A stretch of 64,000 nt of DNA from Candidatus Chisholmbacteria bacterium (GTDB lineage Bacteria > Patescibacteriota > Microgenomatia > UBA1400 > Chisholmbacteraceae). This document shows, one piece after another, positions 9,380 through 19,911 of this stretch (its first letter is position 1; the number at the start of each line of letters is the position of its first letter). The notes beneath the pieces are model-generated. The model did not search any database and was not told the origin of the DNA. It saw only the letters and a list, made by a program, of their open reading frames with translations. The stretch covers positions 195,438-259,437 of the forward strand of contig CAVPHZ010000001.1 in assembly GCA_963704905.1 (NCBI GenBank), read 5' to 3'. The position numbers were made by a program, and so were the translations under genes.

Positions 9380-9988
9380 TTATTTTGAATACAACTCTAC
9401 GATTAATTGTTCATTAATGTCTGCGTCAATGTCTTCTCGTTCTGGCATTCGTCCTACTTTTCCAACGATTGCTTTTCTTGAAAGCCAATTGGGAAGTAAT
9501 GGTTTCTTATCGGTGATGAGTGCTGCTAAATGAGGAATTTTTATCGCTTTGTTTCCTAATGTAATTATATCTCCAGTTTTAACTTGGTATGAAGGGATGT
9601 TTATTTTCTTTCCATTGACAACTATATGACCGTGTGTGATGAGTTGTCGTGACATTGTTCTTGTTGGTGCCAATGATAATCGATATACCACATTATCCAG
9701 CCTTCGTTCGAGCAGCCGAAGAAGTTCTTGACCGGTTGCACCTTTTTTCTTGAGAGCTTGTTTAAAATATCTTCGAAATTGCTTCTCGAGAACTCCATAT
9801 GTCCATTTTACTCTTTGTTTTTCTAAGAGTTGTTTGCCATAGTCAGTCATCCGTCTCCTTCCACGACGACCAAGATGGCCGGGGGGAATGCCAATTCTTC
9901 TTTGCAACTTTTGCACGGAGGTTGTTAGCTCTAAGTCCTTTCCAATCCTTCTTGCTTTTTTGTTTTTTGGTCCTGTGTATCTTGCCAT
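9380..9988 (-). CDS. rpsD: 30S ribosomal protein S4
   Basis: MARYTGP, LLERRLDNVVYR, EQLIVELYS. Confidence 0.97.
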   Translation of the reverse strand: MARYTGPKNKKARRIGKDLELTTSVQKLQRRIGIPPGHLGRRGRRRMTDYGKQLLEKQRVKWTYGVLEKQFRRYFKQALKKKGATGQELLRLLERRLDNVVYRLSLAPTRTMSRQLITHGHIVVNGKKINIPSYQVKTGDIITLGNKAIKIPHLAALITDKKPLLPNWLSRKAIVGKVGRMPEREDIDADINEQLIVELYSK

Positions 9989-9996
9989 TGTTTTGA

Positions 9997-10398
9997 TTAC
10001 CTATTGTGTTTCTTTTTTCTCGGCCGGGTTCCGTTGTGTGGAATTGGTGTTACATCGGCAATGAGTTTTAACCTTAATCCCGATCCCCGTAATACTCTCA
10101 ATGCTGCATCTCTTCCTGGTCCGGGTCCTTTAATAAATACTTCAATTTCCCTGGCTCCCGCTTTTTTAGCTTCTTCGACAACTCGTGCTATTGCAACGGT
10201 TGCAGCATACGGTGTTGATTTTTTTGAACCAGAAAATCCAGCCGTTCCAGTTGACCCCCAGCACACAGTGTTCCCCTCTGCGTCCGTAAAGGTTGCGAGC
10301 GTGTTATTAAAGGTTGCGGTAATATACATCCTTCCTTTAGGTATATTTTTCACCGCTGATAGTGTAGATTTCTTACTCTTTGTTACTGCTTTTGCCAT
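9997..10398 (-). CDS. rpsK: 30S ribosomal protein S11
   Basis: ATFNNT, KSTPYAA, GPGPGR, DVTPIPHNG. Confidence 0.97.
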   Translation of the reverse strand: MAKAVTKSKKSTLSAVKNIPKGRMYITATFNNTLATFTDAEGNTVCWGSTGTAGFSGSKKSTPYAATVAIARVVEEAKKAGAREIEVFIKGPGPGRDAALRVLRGSGLRLKLIADVTPIPHNGTRPRKKKHNR

Positions 10399-10413
10399 AT
10401 CTACTGTTCCTCC

Positions 10414-10815
10414 TTATTTATTAGCTGAGTCAAGCTTTGTTGCTGCTGCCTCTTTCTTCAGTGCACCTACCGTTCTTCGCTTTCCACGTTTTGTTCTGGC
10501 GTTTGTCCTCGTCCTTTGGCCTCTCACTGGAAGGTTTGCACTATGTCGTGATCCTCTATTTGATCCAATTCTTTTTAGTCTTTCAATATTTTCTCGGACT
10601 TGTTTTCTAAGATTCCCTTCGGTGTTAATCTTATCAATTGTTTTTTGGATTCTAGCTGTCTCTTCACCATTTAAATTCTCGGCTCTTTTGTCAGGGTCGA
10701 CCTTAGCTTCAGAAAGAATCTTACTCACGTTACTTTTTCCAACACCATATATGTATGTCAGTGCGGCTTCTATTCTCTTTTTTTCTGGTACGTCTATTCC
10801 TGATATTCTTGGCAT
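10414..10815 (-). CDS. rpsM: 30S ribosomal protein S13
   Basis: MPRISGID, LPVRGQRTRTNARTKRG. Confidence 0.97.
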   Translation of the reverse strand: MPRISGIDVPEKKRIEAALTYIYGVGKSNVSKILSEAKVDPDKRAENLNGEETARIQKTIDKINTEGNLRKQVRENIERLKRIGSNRGSRHSANLPVRGQRTRTNARTKRGKRRTVGALKKEAAATKLDSANK

Positions 10816-10821
10816 TTTTGC

Positions 10822-10935
10822 TTATCCTTGTCGTTGTTTATGGCGAGGGTTTTCACAAATGACATACACCTTTCCTCTTCGGCGGATAATTTTGCATTTT
10901 AGACATCTTTTTTTTACACTTGCTTTTACCTTCAT
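10822..10935 (-). CDS. rpmJ: 50S ribosomal protein L36 (Zn-binding type)
   Basis: Below ORF-track cutoff; manual translation [37 protein letters not shown]. Confidence 0.96.
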   Translation of the reverse strand: MKVKASVKKRCLKCKIIRRRGKVYVICENPRHKQRQG

Positions 10936-10938
10936 AGT

Positions 10939-11181
10939 TTATTTGTAGCGAAATATTATTCTCCCCCGAGTCTCATCATATGGTGTTATCTCTATCTTTA
11001 CACGATCTCCCGGCATAACGCGTATTCTATACATTCGCATTTTTCCTGTCAGTGTGCAGAGCACTTGTTTTCCACCTAATTCCTCGGGAGCGTCTTTATC
11101 GAGTTCTACCCGAAACATGGTATTGGGTAACGCTTCTGTTACAATTCCTTCGATTTCTATTGTTTCTTGTCGTTTGGGCAT
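10939..11181 (-). CDS. infA: Translation initiation factor IF-1
   Basis: [32 protein letters not shown]. Confidence 0.96.
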   Translation of the reverse strand: MPKRQETIEIEGIVTEALPNTMFRVELDKDAPEELGGKQVLCTLTGKMRMYRIRVMPGDRVKIEITPYDETRGRIIFRYK

Positions 11182-11242
11182 ATATTATGAAACTCTTATT
11201 TTACCACAATTGTGGTGTATTTTCTCGAGTGATATCTCCTTT

Positions 11243-11989
11243 TTATTCTTTCATTACTGTTAAGTTGATTGGTTCATTTTCTGTCACTAGTATCGTGTCT
11301 TCAAAAACTGCAGCATTCTCACCGTCGATAGTCACAAACGTCCATCCATCATTCTCTAGACGCATTTCCGGGGAGCCTTTCGTATAGATCACTTCGATTG
11401 CCAGTGTCTGACCAGCCACTAACACCGGACTGTTTTTATATTCACCACTTATCACGCAGGGAACTATTGGCTCTTCATGTAATTCTTTTCCAACACCATG
11501 TCCCGTGAGCGATTGACTACATAAATAACCGCTGGCTTCAATCGAATCTTGAATAGATTTTGAAATATCTGCAACTCTGTTTCCTTTTTTGGCCTGCATT
11601 ATTGCATTTTCTAATGATTTTCTGCCAGCTGCTAAAAAACTCTCGTTGGAAGTGTTCTTTTTTCCAACGATAACAGTTGTTGCTGCATCTGTATGATAGC
11701 CATCGAAATATATTCCGATATCTATGGTTACCACATCCCCGTCAGTAATGATTCTTTTATTTGGAATACCATGAACAATTCCATCATTGACGTTGATGCA
11801 TGTAGCATACTGGTAACCTGATACCATCTTAAACGAAGGCTTTCCATTAAACTTATTTATTAGATCTTCAACATACTTATCTATTTCTAGCAAAGATATT
11901 CCTACCTGAATTTTATCGGTAGCCTTGCTTCTTATTTCTGAAAGGAGTTTACCTCCTTTTTTCATCGCAGTTACTTTTTTCGATTTCAA
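11243..11989 (-). CDS. map: Methionine aminopeptidase type I
   Basis: CINVNDGIVHGIP, DIG...DAA, GHGVG..LHEEP, LAIE, FEDT. Confidence 0.95.
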   Translation of the reverse strand: MKSKKVTAMKKGGKLLSEIRSKATDKIQVGISLLEIDKYVEDLINKFNGKPSFKMVSGYQYATCINVNDGIVHGIPNKRIITDGDVVTIDIGIYFDGYHTDAATTVIVGKKNTSNESFLAAGRKSLENAIMQAKKGNRVADISKSIQDSIEASGYLCSQSLTGHGVGKELHEEPIVPCVISGEYKNSPVLVAGQTLAIEVIYTKGSPEMRLENDGWTFVTIDGENAAVFEDTILVTENEPINLTVMKE

Positions 11990-12597
11990 AGTTTGTTGCC
12001 TCTACGATTTTTTCTTAAGTACTTTTGTACTAATTCAACAATCCTTTTGTGAATTTGATTAATTGAACCTTCGCCGTTAACTTTAACTAATATATTTCGC
12101 TCTTTATAATAACGTAGTACCGCTTTTTTACCTCGATTATAATGTTTCAGCCTTTGAATAATTCTTTCGTTTGAGTCGTGTAGCGTTCCATCTGGACTCT
12201 TCCTGCCTCTGCTGAGTAATCGTTTCGAAGATTCTTCTTCTGAAACATCTAGAAATATAACCGCTTCGAGTTCTTGTCCATATTTCTCTACTTTCCTAGC
12301 AAGGAAAATTGCTTGTGTCAGATTGCGAGGAAACCCATCAAGCACCCATCCATGTTTCGTGTCTTCTTCTTTTAGACGCTGCTTCCATAACACGTACATT
12401 TCTGAATCAGCGACATAGTGTCCTTTGCGCAGCGCGTCTCGGCATATTTCTCCCATGATTCCTTTATCTTCCTTTGCATACTTACGGACTAGGTCGCCAG
12501 AAACTAAGTGTGGTATGTTAAGTCTTTTTGCAAGCATTGCTGCCTGAGTTCCTTTTCCCGAACCTTCTGGACCGTAGAAAACGATGTTAATGCTCAT
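11986..12597 (-). CDS. adk: Adenylate kinase (short LID)
   Basis: GPEGSGKGTQA, LDGFPR; position after secY. Confidence 0.92.
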   Translation of the reverse strand: MSINIVFYGPEGSGKGTQAAMLAKRLNIPHLVSGDLVRKYAKEDKGIMGEICRDALRKGHYVADSEMYVLWKQRLKEEDTKHGWVLDGFPRNLTQAIFLARKVEKYGQELEAVIFLDVSEEESSKRLLSRGRKSPDGTLHDSNERIIQRLKHYNRGKKAVLRYYKERNILVKVNGEGSINQIHKRIVELVQKYLRKNRRGNKL

Positions 12598-12620
12598 TGA
12601 TTCCTATCTTCCTTTGATTT

Positions 12621-13940
12621 CTAACTTTCTAAAAACCCTTCATAGCTTCTCATCACCAGCATTGCTTCAAGTTGCTTGGTCGTTTCCAAAACAACAGAGA
12701 CTACAATGAGGATACCGGTTCCACCAATTGTCAGTGTGACTACGTTTGTCATGCTTTGAACTACCGAGGGGAGCACGGCAATAATCCCTAAAAATAATGC
12801 ACCCGCAAGTGTTATTCTGGTTAAGATATAGTTTAAGTATTCCGCTGTTGGTTTCCCTGGACGAATACCTGGAACGAACCCACCGTATTTTTTAATTTCG
12901 TCAGCAATTTTTTCTGGATTAAAGACTACGGCTGTATAAAAGTAGGTAAATCCAATGACTAGGAAAAAGTATACAAGGTTATACACCATGTTCCCTGGAG
13001 TGAATGCTTGAGCGAGGCCTTCTGCGATTCGAACAACCGTTGGATTTGGAACAGTTGCTATAAATCTCCCAGCCAATGATGGGAGCAGCACTAAAGATAC
13101 TGCAAAAATAATGGGAATCACACCTGCCTGATTCACTCGAAGTGGTAAATGTGTGGTTTGACCACCATACATTTTGCTTCCTCTAATTCGTTTCGCGTAT
13201 TGAATCGTCACTTTTCGAACAGCTTCATTGATGTAAACAATACTAGCAATTACGACCACCCCAATGATGGCAAAGATGGATAAGTTAAACACGTTTGTAT
13301 TTGTAGAGATTGCTGCTGTTTGAGCAATTGATACTGGTAAACGACCAATGATTCCGGCGAAGATAAGCATGGATATACCGTTCCCAATTCCATATTCTGA
13401 AATTAACTCTCCAAACCACATAAGAAGAACGGTTCCAGCTGTCATTGTTAACACCAAACTAATGAGTGGAAGTGGGGAGAGTGTTTCAATTATTTGTTGA
13501 TTTCTTAGCAACATATACATACCAAATGCTTGAAGGATTGCGAGTGGCACGGCGGTCATTCGAGTGTATTGATTAATTCTCTCTCTACCAGCTTCACCTT
13601 CTTTGGAAAGTGCCTCAAGACTCGGAAATACCATGGTTAATAGCTGGAAAATAATTGATGCATTAATGTATGGGTTAAGTCCTAAAGCCATAATGGAAAA
13701 GTTAGCTAACGTCCCCCCTGAGAAGATGTCTAATAAGCCTAGAAGCTCATTCTGCTCAAAAAGTGCACGGAGACGATCGGTGTCAACAACAGGAACAGGA
13801 ATGTGAGCGAACAAGCGAAAAATGGCAAACATCAAAGCCGTGAAGATAATTTTGCGTCGTAATTCTACTGTTTTCCAGGCTTGAACTATTGGATCAATTA
13901 TTTTATTCAGCTTTTCCTCCTGCTTTTTTGACCATCTCAC
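12621..13940 (-). CDS. secY: Preprotein translocase SecY (start uncertain)
   Basis: [45 protein letters not shown]. Confidence 0.97.
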   Translation of the reverse strand: MRWSKKQEEKLNKIIDPIVQAWKTVELRRKIIFTALMFAIFRLFAHIPVPVVDTDRLRALFEQNELLGLLDIFSGGTLANFSIMALGLNPYINASIIFQLLTMVFPSLEALSKEGEAGRERINQYTRMTAVPLAILQAFGMYMLLRNQQIIETLSPLPLISLVLTMTAGTVLLMWFGELISEYGIGNGISMLIFAGIIGRLPVSIAQTAAISTNTNVFNLSIFAIIGVVVIASIVYINEAVRKVTIQYAKRIRGSKMYGGQTTHLPLRVNQAGVIPIIFAVSLVLLPSLAGRFIATVPNPTVVRIAEGLAQAFTPGNMVYNLVYFFLVIGFTYFYTAVVFNPEKIADEIKKYGGFVPGIRPGKPTAEYLNYILTRITLAGALFLGIIAVLPSVVQSMTNVVTLTIGGTGILIVVSVVLETTKQLEAMLVMRSYEGFLES

Positions 13941-14343
13941 TTGCTCTTTTTGACATCGGGACTCGTACTTTTAATGATGTTTTTATGTCTCCATCTCCTA
14001 GAATTTTCACTCCATATTTTTTCCCCTCTACTTCTTGAATGACACCAGCTTTCGCAAGTGTACTAATTGTCACCTCATCACCTTTTTTAAAGACCGAAAG
14101 GTCCTTGAGGTTCAGAATGACTGGAGAAGGTTTCAATGGTTTGAATCTCCCTTTCCCTCGTGTTTTAGGAAGCCTTCTTATCAATGCGAGTTGTCCACCC
14201 TCAAACCATACTTTGAGCTTTCCTCTGGCTCGTTGTCCCTTGTTTCCACGCGTTGCTGTATGACCACCCTTACCGGATCCGTATCCTCTTCCTACTCGTT
14301 TTTTTCTTCTTGTTGTTGTTTTTAATAAGTTGTCAGAATTCAT
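13903..14343 (-). CDS. rplO: 50S ribosomal protein L15
   Basis: [23 protein letters not shown]. Confidence 0.96.
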   Translation of the reverse strand: MNSDNLLKTTTRRKKRVGRGYGSGKGGHTATRGNKGQRARGKLKVWFEGGQLALIRRLPKTRGKGRFKPLKPSPVILNLKDLSVFKKGDEVTISTLAKAGVIQEVEGKKYGVKILGDGDIKTSLKVRVPMSKRASEMVKKAGGKAE

Positions 14344-14436
14344 GATTATTTCCTTTTCATTGTTTATAAATTCTTTTTGCATCTTTACTTCGATTTATCT
14401 CTTTTGGGTTTTCTGATATTCTTGAACATGCAAAGA

Positions 14437-14985
14437 TTAGCTCTGCTTTTTGATTATTTGCTCTTCCTTTACTTGAGATTGTTTTTCATTTGTCGAATAA
14501 TTTATATTCCTTTTCTTGGCAATGTTTCGAATTTTCTTTAGTGCTTTAAATGTTGCATGAACATTTGATGCTTTATTGCCGGATCCTAATATTTTGGCGA
14601 CAATATCTCTGATTCCAGCGGCTTCCACTACAGCTCGTACCGCACCCCCTGCAAGCACACCTGTTCCTTCTGGTGCTGGCTTTAAAAGTACTATCGCTGC
14701 GCCTCTTTTTACTTGTATCGGGAACGGTATTGAAGTCTTCCTCATTGGAACTGAGATTAACTCTTTTTTTGCTCTGCGTGTGCCTTTTTTAATCGCCGAG
14801 AGGGTATCAGGAGCTTTTCCAAGCGATACTCCTACTCTTCCTTTGCGATCTCCAACCACAACAAGTGCTGAAAAGCTACTTTTATTTCCACCTTTTGTCT
14901 TTTTTGAAACACGGCTTATCTGAATTACTTTCTCCTCAAATTCTTTAACTTCAGGCGTTTGTTGATACTGATTGTTTTGTCTCAT
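14437..14985 (-). CDS. rpsE: 30S ribosomal protein S5
   Basis: RVSKKTKGG, ALVVVGD, PAPEGTG. Confidence 0.97.
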   Translation of the reverse strand: MRQNNQYQQTPEVKEFEEKVIQISRVSKKTKGGNKSSFSALVVVGDRKGRVGVSLGKAPDTLSAIKKGTRRAKKELISVPMRKTSIPFPIQVKRGAAIVLLKPAPEGTGVLAGGAVRAVVEAAGIRDIVAKILGSGNKASNVHATFKALKKIRNIAKKRNINYSTNEKQSQVKEEQIIKKQS

Positions 14986-15005
14986 ACGTGTTTATTGGTA
15001 TTAAT

Positions 15006-15356
15006 TTAAAATATTAAACCGCCGTTTTTTGCAGACTCTGCAAGCGCTTTAACTCGTCCATGGTATTTGTTTGGTCCTCTATCAAATACTACTTTTTTGA
15101 TCTTTGCCTTTACTGCTTTGGATGCAATGAGTTCGCCGACAAGTGTTGCTTTATCGATTTTCGTACGTTTTATTTTGCTTTTCTTAATCTCTTTGAGGTC
15201 AGCTTCACTCGCTGATACCAGAGTTGTTCCTTTGTTGTCATCAATTATTTGTGCATAGATTCGCTTCGATGAGCGGAACACATTCAATCTTGGTCTCGTT
15301 GAGTTACTCATCAATTTCTTTCTAATTCTGGTTGTGCGACTTATTTTTGATGACAT
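15006..15356 (-). CDS. rplR: 50S ribosomal protein L18 (start at MSSK)
   Basis: RPRLNVFRS, YAQIIDD, VVFDR..YHGRV. Confidence 0.96.
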   Translation of the reverse strand: MSSKISRTTRIRKKLMSNSTRPRLNVFRSSKRIYAQIIDDNKGTTLVSASEADLKEIKKSKIKRTKIDKATLVGELIASKAVKAKIKKVVFDRGPNKYHGRVKALAESAKNGGLIF

Positions 15357-15360
15357 TTCT

Positions 15361-15918
15361 TTATGCTCCACCTGATGATCCGACTTTAGCGGCTTTTCCA
15401 GGTTTGCGACGGACCATCTCTCCTTTGTAACGAACTCCTTTTCCTTTGTACGGTTCAGGTTTTCTGAAATTACGGATGTTAGCCGCAACTTGACCAACTT
15501 GTTGTTTGTCTATCCCGTTGACGATGATCTCTTTTTCTCCCTCAGTTTCCAGCGTGATTCCTTCTATAGGTTCTACTTTGACTGGGTGGGAATAACCTAC
15601 ACTGAGTATGAGCGTGTCTCCTTCACTCTTGACACGGTATCCTGTCCCAACCAATTCCAATCTTTTTTCAAACCCTTGTGAAACTCCTTCAACTGCATTT
15701 GCGAGTAATGCTCGCAGTAATCCATGTAATGCATTTGCTTTATCTGTCTCTTTTTTCTTTTTAATTCTTATGGTCTGTTGATCTATTTCTATATTCAATT
15801 CATCAAAGTTTGGAAGTCTTAATTCCCCTTTTGGTCCAGATACGACGAGTTTATTGTCCTCAGTTCTTACTGAAACTCCTTCTGGTATGTTCACTGGTTG
15901 TTTTCCTATTCTTGACAT
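15361..15918 (-). CDS. rplF: 50S ribosomal protein L6
   Basis: MSRIGKQP, GYSHP, PEPYKGKGVRY. Confidence 0.97.
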   Translation of the reverse strand: MSRIGKQPVNIPEGVSVRTEDNKLVVSGPKGELRLPNFDELNIEIDQQTIRIKKKKETDKANALHGLLRALLANAVEGVSQGFEKRLELVGTGYRVKSEGDTLILSVGYSHPVKVEPIEGITLETEGEKEIIVNGIDKQQVGQVAANIRNFRKPEPYKGKGVRYKGEMVRRKPGKAAKVGSSGGA

Positions 15919-15944
15919 TTGTCTACTTGTTCAAAGATTACTAT

Positions 15945-16334
15945 TTACCAGACCCGGCAAATTATTTCCCCACCTATTTTTTGTTTTCTTGCTTGCTCAT
16001 CAGTCATTAATCCCTTGCTGGTCGATACAATCGTACTACCGACACCTCCGAGGGTCTTGGGAATGTTGTTCGCACGAGCGTATAATCGCCTCCCTGGTTT
16101 GGATATTCGTTCAATCCCATCAATTGCTGGTAATTTTCCTATGTACCTGAGTTTTATATGCATCATTTTTTTTGGTTTGTTATCCTTCATTTCTATGCTG
16201 TTAAGATACCCCTTGGTTTTTAATATCTGAGCAAGCTGTTCTTTTAATTCAGAATGTGGCACTTCAACTGAACTATGCTTAGCCATGTATGCATTACGAA
16301 TCCTGGTGAGCATATCAGAAATTGGATCGGTCAT
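15945..16334 (-). CDS. rpsH: 30S ribosomal protein S8
   Basis: DPISDMLTRIRNA, SKPGRR, GGEIIC. Confidence 0.97.
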   Translation of the reverse strand: MTDPISDMLTRIRNAYMAKHSSVEVPHSELKEQLAQILKTKGYLNSIEMKDNKPKKMMHIKLRYIGKLPAIDGIERISKPGRRLYARANNIPKTLGGVGSTIVSTSKGLMTDEQARKQKIGGEIICRVW

Positions 16335-16362
16335 ATGTTACACCTCCACAGGTTTTTTATTG

Positions 16363-16548
16363 CTACCAACTTGCTTTCGTTACTCCTGGTAGTTCTCCTT
16401 TATTTGCTAGTTCTCTAAAACACAGTCGACAGAGTCCGAAGTGTCGAATAAATGCTCGTGGTCTTCCACATAATTGACATCGATTCAGTTTCCTTGATGA
16501 ATATTTCGGTTTATTTTGATTTTTTACAATTTTTGATGTCTTCGCCAT
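16363..16548 (-). CDS. rpsN: 30S ribosomal protein S14 type Z
   Basis: CQLCGR...CRLCFRE...GVTKASW. Confidence 0.96.
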   Translation of the reverse strand: MAKTSKIVKNQNKPKYSSRKLNRCQLCGRPRAFIRHFGLCRLCFRELANKGELPGVTKASW

Positions 16549-17121
16549 TTAATTCTCCTTCATTTTTTTGGTTTCGCTTGGTATCTTTTCAAAAGGCATA
16601 CCCAATAACTCGAGCAATCGAGTAGCATTTTCATTATCGCTGGTTGAGGTTACGATGGTTATTTCAAATCCTCGGACTTTATCGATTTTATCGTAGTTAA
16701 CCTCTGGAAATATCAGCTGTTCTGAAAGTCCTATTGAATAATTTCCTTGCCCATCAAATGCCTTACGTTTAGTTCCCTGAAAATCTCTAACTCTTGGTAG
16801 GGCAATGGATATGAGTTTATCAAAAAAATCGTACATTCTATTTCCTCGTAATGTTACTTTGAGTCCGATAGGATCACCGGCTCTCAATTTGAATCCTGCT
16901 ATTGATTGCTTGGCTTTCGTTACAACAGGTTGTTGTCCAGTTATGAGAGCTAATTGATCAGCCATGTTCTTCAATGCTTCTTGTTGATTTTGTTCCTGAC
17001 TGATTCCGACGTTAATTACGATTTTGACGAGTCTTGGAACTGCATGATCGTTTTTTTGCCCAAGTTCTTTCTTAAGTTTGGGTATGACGTTTTTTTGATA
17101 TGATTTTTTTAGTCTATTCAT
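16549..17121 (-). CDS. rplE: 50S ribosomal protein L5 (start at MNRLKK)
   Basis: ITGQQP, GFKLR, KVTLRG, LPRVRDF. Confidence 0.97.
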   Translation of the reverse strand: MNRLKKSYQKNVIPKLKKELGQKNDHAVPRLVKIVINVGISQEQNQQEALKNMADQLALITGQQPVVTKAKQSIAGFKLRAGDPIGLKVTLRGNRMYDFFDKLISIALPRVRDFQGTKRKAFDGQGNYSIGLSEQLIFPEVNYDKIDKVRGFEITIVTSTSDNENATRLLELLGMPFEKIPSETKKMKEN

Positions 17122-17132
17122 ATTTCTTGTTG

Positions 17133-17441
17133 TTAGATTTCTTTTCCACACTTACGGCAAATACGTGTCTTTTCTCCTTTTTCATCAAGTTGATATCCCA
17201 CCCTTGATTGTTGTTTACACTTTTGACAGATCAGTGCGACACTCGCCACTGAAATTGGTTTTTGAATGTCAATAATCCCTCCAGGTTTTCCTTCACCCTG
17301 TGATTTCGCATGCTTCTTATACATATTTACACCTTCAACCACAACTTTTTCCTGCTTAAGGTTCATTTGCTGAATTTTTCCTTCTTTTCCTTTGTCTTTT
17401 CCGGCAGTTATTTTTACGGTATCACCGACTTTGAGTTTCAT
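17133..17441 (-). CDS. rplX: 50S ribosomal protein L24
   Basis: GDTVKITAGKDKG KOW motif; C-terminal CxxC..CxxC. Confidence 0.96.
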   Translation of the reverse strand: MKLKVGDTVKITAGKDKGKEGKIQQMNLKQEKVVVEGVNMYKKHAKSQGEGKPGGIIDIQKPISVASVALICQKCKQQSRVGYQLDEKGEKTRICRKCGKEI

Positions 17442-17463
17442 GTTAATTAACTTTTTCTATTTG

Positions 17464-17838
17464 CTATAGCACCTCTGGCGCTAGTGATGCTATTTTTGCG
17501 TATCCTGCTTCTTTTACTTCTCTTGCAATTGGACCAAATATTCTCGTTCCTTTTGGGTTTTTATTCTTCATCGTATCGATAATTACTGCGGCATTGTCAT
17601 CGAAACGAATATAGCTACCATCAGGTCGTCTGAGTTCTTTTTTAGTTCTCACCACAACCGCTTTGACTATCTCACCTTTTTTCACTTGACCTTGAGGATC
17701 TGCAGCTATGACTGAGGCGGTAACGATATCACTCACTTTACCAAACTTCCTTTTAGATCCACCGTGGACGAGAATGACCCTTAAGGATTTTGCCCCTGAG
17801 TTATCTGCGGGAATGAGTTTTGACCGTAGTTGAATCAT
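17464..17838 (-). CDS. rplN: 50S ribosomal protein L14
   Basis: [24 protein letters not shown]. Confidence 0.97.
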   Translation of the reverse strand: MIQLRSKLIPADNSGAKSLRVILVHGGSKRKFGKVSDIVTASVIAADPQGQVKKGEIVKAVVVRTKKELRRPDGSYIRFDDNAAVIIDTMKNKNPKGTRIFGPIAREVKEAGYAKIASLAPEVL

Positions 17839-17840
17839 AA

Positions 17841-18119
17841 TTATTTATTATTTGACTTCTTCTTTGTGTCCTTTACTCTTTTTGGCTCTGTTGCGTTCGC
17901 ATTCTCAACTATTTTCCATTTCTTTCTTTTACTTATTGGCTTTGTCTCTGCAATGATGACTGTATCTCCGATACTTACTCCAAGATCGTCGTGTGCAAGG
18001 TATTTTTTATTTCGTTTAATGATTTTTTTGTACAACGGGTGGCGCCATCTGCGTTCGACGATCACCACGACTGTTTTTTCCATTTTTGTGCTGGTTACTT
18101 TACCTTCCAATGTTTTCAC
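17841..18119 (-). CDS. rpsQ: 30S ribosomal protein S17
   Basis: [24 protein letters not shown]. Confidence 0.96.
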   Translation of the reverse strand: MKTLEGKVTSTKMEKTVVVIVERRWRHPLYKKIIKRNKKYLAHDDLGVSIGDTVIIAETKPISKRKKWKIVENANATEPKRVKDTKKKSNNK

Positions 18120-18352
18120 TGCACTCCTTTTTTGGCTCGATCTTCATTATTCTCTAATAATAGTTTTTCTTTCATTATTGTGGTTATAACTGCTATTTCT
18201 TTTCTTTTTTTCTTGTATTCGTGTAGATCTTTTAGTTTTCCTGCTTGTTTATGAAGCCGTAACTTAGTTGCTTCAATCTGCTCTTTTTCTAGCCGTTTAG
18301 TTAAGGTATCAAGTGATTGATCTCGTAGTTTTTGCTTTTCTTGTTTTTTCAT
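18116..18352 (-). CDS. rpmC: 50S ribosomal protein L29
   Basis: Position between rplP and rpsQ; LR...RKEIAVITT. Confidence 0.9.
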   Translation of the reverse strand: MKKQEKQKLRDQSLDTLTKRLEKEQIEATKLRLHKQAGKLKDLHEYKKKRKEIAVITTIMKEKLLLENNEDRAKKGVQ

Positions 18353-18363
18353 GTTTTCTCTAA

Positions 18364-18771
18364 TTAATCACGAGTAACGAATCTTGTTTTTACCGGTAAT
18401 TTATGCGCAGCTCTATTAAATGCCTCTTTAGCAATCTCTTCGCTCACTCCAGCGAGTTCAAATATCACCCTTCCAGGTTTCACTGGAATAACATACTCTT
18501 CAATGTCGCCTTTTCCGGAACCCATTTTTGAACCTGCGGCTTTTTTCGTAATCGGTTTATCAGGAAAGATGCGAATCCAAACTTTTCCAGTTCTTTTTGT
18601 TTGATGTGCTATAGCTCTTCGAGCGGCTTCTATTTGTCTCGATGTAATCCAGCCGCGACCTAAGCTTTTTATACCAAACTCACCAAAACTTACATTTGCT
18701 CCACGAAGAGAATTTCCTTTCATTGTGCCTCTAAACTCTTTCCGGTATTTCCTTTTTTTTGGTTGTAACAT
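18364..18771 (-). CDS. rplP: 50S ribosomal protein L16
   Basis: [24 protein letters not shown]. Confidence 0.97.
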   Translation of the reverse strand: MLQPKKRKYRKEFRGTMKGNSLRGANVSFGEFGIKSLGRGWITSRQIEAARRAIAHQTKRTGKVWIRIFPDKPITKKAAGSKMGSGKGDIEEYVIPVKPGRVIFELAGVSEEIAKEAFNRAAHKLPVKTRFVTRD

Positions 18772-18774
18772 TTT

Positions 18775-19452
18775 TTATTCCCCAGCTTCTCTAGTTTTTG
18801 TTTGTCGCTCTCCCAGAAAGATCCACACTTTTACACCAATGTAACCTGATTTGGTTAGTGAAGGTACTTGCGAATAACTAATATCGGCTCGGAGCGTTTG
18901 TGTTGGAATAGATCCTCGTGAGTACTTTTCAGTTCTGCTAATTTCAGCTCCAGCTATCCGACCAGCGAGTACTATCTTTATCCCCTTTGCTCCTGAGTTC
19001 ATTGACCTGTCAATGGCTTGAGAGACTGCTCGTCTATGAGGATATCTTTTTTCAAGTTGCTCCGCTATCCTTTGTGCGACAAGTTTTGCATTTAGGTCTG
19101 GATTTTTAACTTCAACAATATCATCGATGATGACTTTTCGGCTTTTTGGATCATTTGGATTTATTTTCAAAAGCTTCATTACATCTTCTTTCAGTATTTC
19201 TAGTGAGGTTCCACCTCTTCCGATAACAACTCCTGGTCTTGATACATTTAGAATAATCCGTGTGGCATTAATTGAGCGTTCGATTTCAATTTTCGTTACT
19301 CCTGCGAGTTTTAATCGCTCATTGATGAATTTTCTTAATTTTGCATCCTCTAGTACCTGTTTTGCGTATACTTCTTTGGTTGCAAACCAGCGCGAGCTGT
19401 GAACGTAAATATTTCCGAGTCTAAAGGCAAATGGATTTACTTTTTGTCCCAT
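18775..19452 (-). CDS. rpsC: 30S ribosomal protein S3
   Basis: MGQKVNP, RPGVVIG, GAEI, TLRADI. Confidence 0.97.
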   Translation of the reverse strand: MGQKVNPFAFRLGNIYVHSSRWFATKEVYAKQVLEDAKLRKFINERLKLAGVTKIEIERSINATRIILNVSRPGVVIGRGGTSLEILKEDVMKLLKINPNDPKSRKVIIDDIVEVKNPDLNAKLVAQRIAEQLEKRYPHRRAVSQAIDRSMNSGAKGIKIVLAGRIAGAEISRTEKYSRGSIPTQTLRADISYSQVPSLTKSGYIGVKVWIFLGERQTKTREAGE

Positions 19453-19454
19453 GG

Positions 19455-19898
19455 TTACCTCTTATCAGTCCTTTTATTTGCTTTCTTTACTACTTTCTTC
19501 GGTTGTTTCTTTACTTTCTTTTTTTCCACGATATTTTGACTATTTTTATTGTTTTTTTTGACTTCTGAGTTAGTAGTTTCCAATAAAACAGTTAAATGAG
19601 ATGTTCTTTTCATTATTGAATGTGCTCTTCCTCTACTTACTGCACGCCATCGTTTAAATGTTGGTCCCTCATCAACTTGAATACTCTTAAATTCCAATGA
19701 TTGTTCTTTAAGGTCTTCGTTGTTTGCATTAGCTATTGCTTGCTTTATTACTTTTGCAACTATAGGAGCAGCCGCTTTTCTTATAAATGCGAGTTGTTCA
19801 AGTGCTTCTCCTGGTGTTAATTTTCGCACTGCATTGACTGTAAGACGCATTTTTCTTGGACTTACTCGTATGTATTTCTGATGTGCTTTAATAATCAT
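19455..19898 (-). CDS. rplV: 50S ribosomal protein L22
   Basis: SPRKMR, VDEGPT, RGRA, KRTSH. Confidence 0.96.
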   Translation of the reverse strand: MIIKAHQKYIRVSPRKMRLTVNAVRKLTPGEALEQLAFIRKAAAPIVAKVIKQAIANANNEDLKEQSLEFKSIQVDEGPTFKRWRAVSRGRAHSIMKRTSHLTVLLETTNSEVKKNNKNSQNIVEKKKVKKQPKKVVKKANKRTDKR

Positions 19899-19911
19899 GA
19901 ATTTGATGTTT

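Noticed and set aside
10004-10948. 314-aa plus-strand ORF antisense to rpsK-rpsM-rpmJ
   Set aside because: The three real genes happen to share one frame, so the shadow frame stays open; no motifs, RBS or plausible product
14385-14429. 14-codon ORF MFKNIRKPKRDKSK at the rpmD position
   Set aside because: No resemblance to uL30, too short and no RBS
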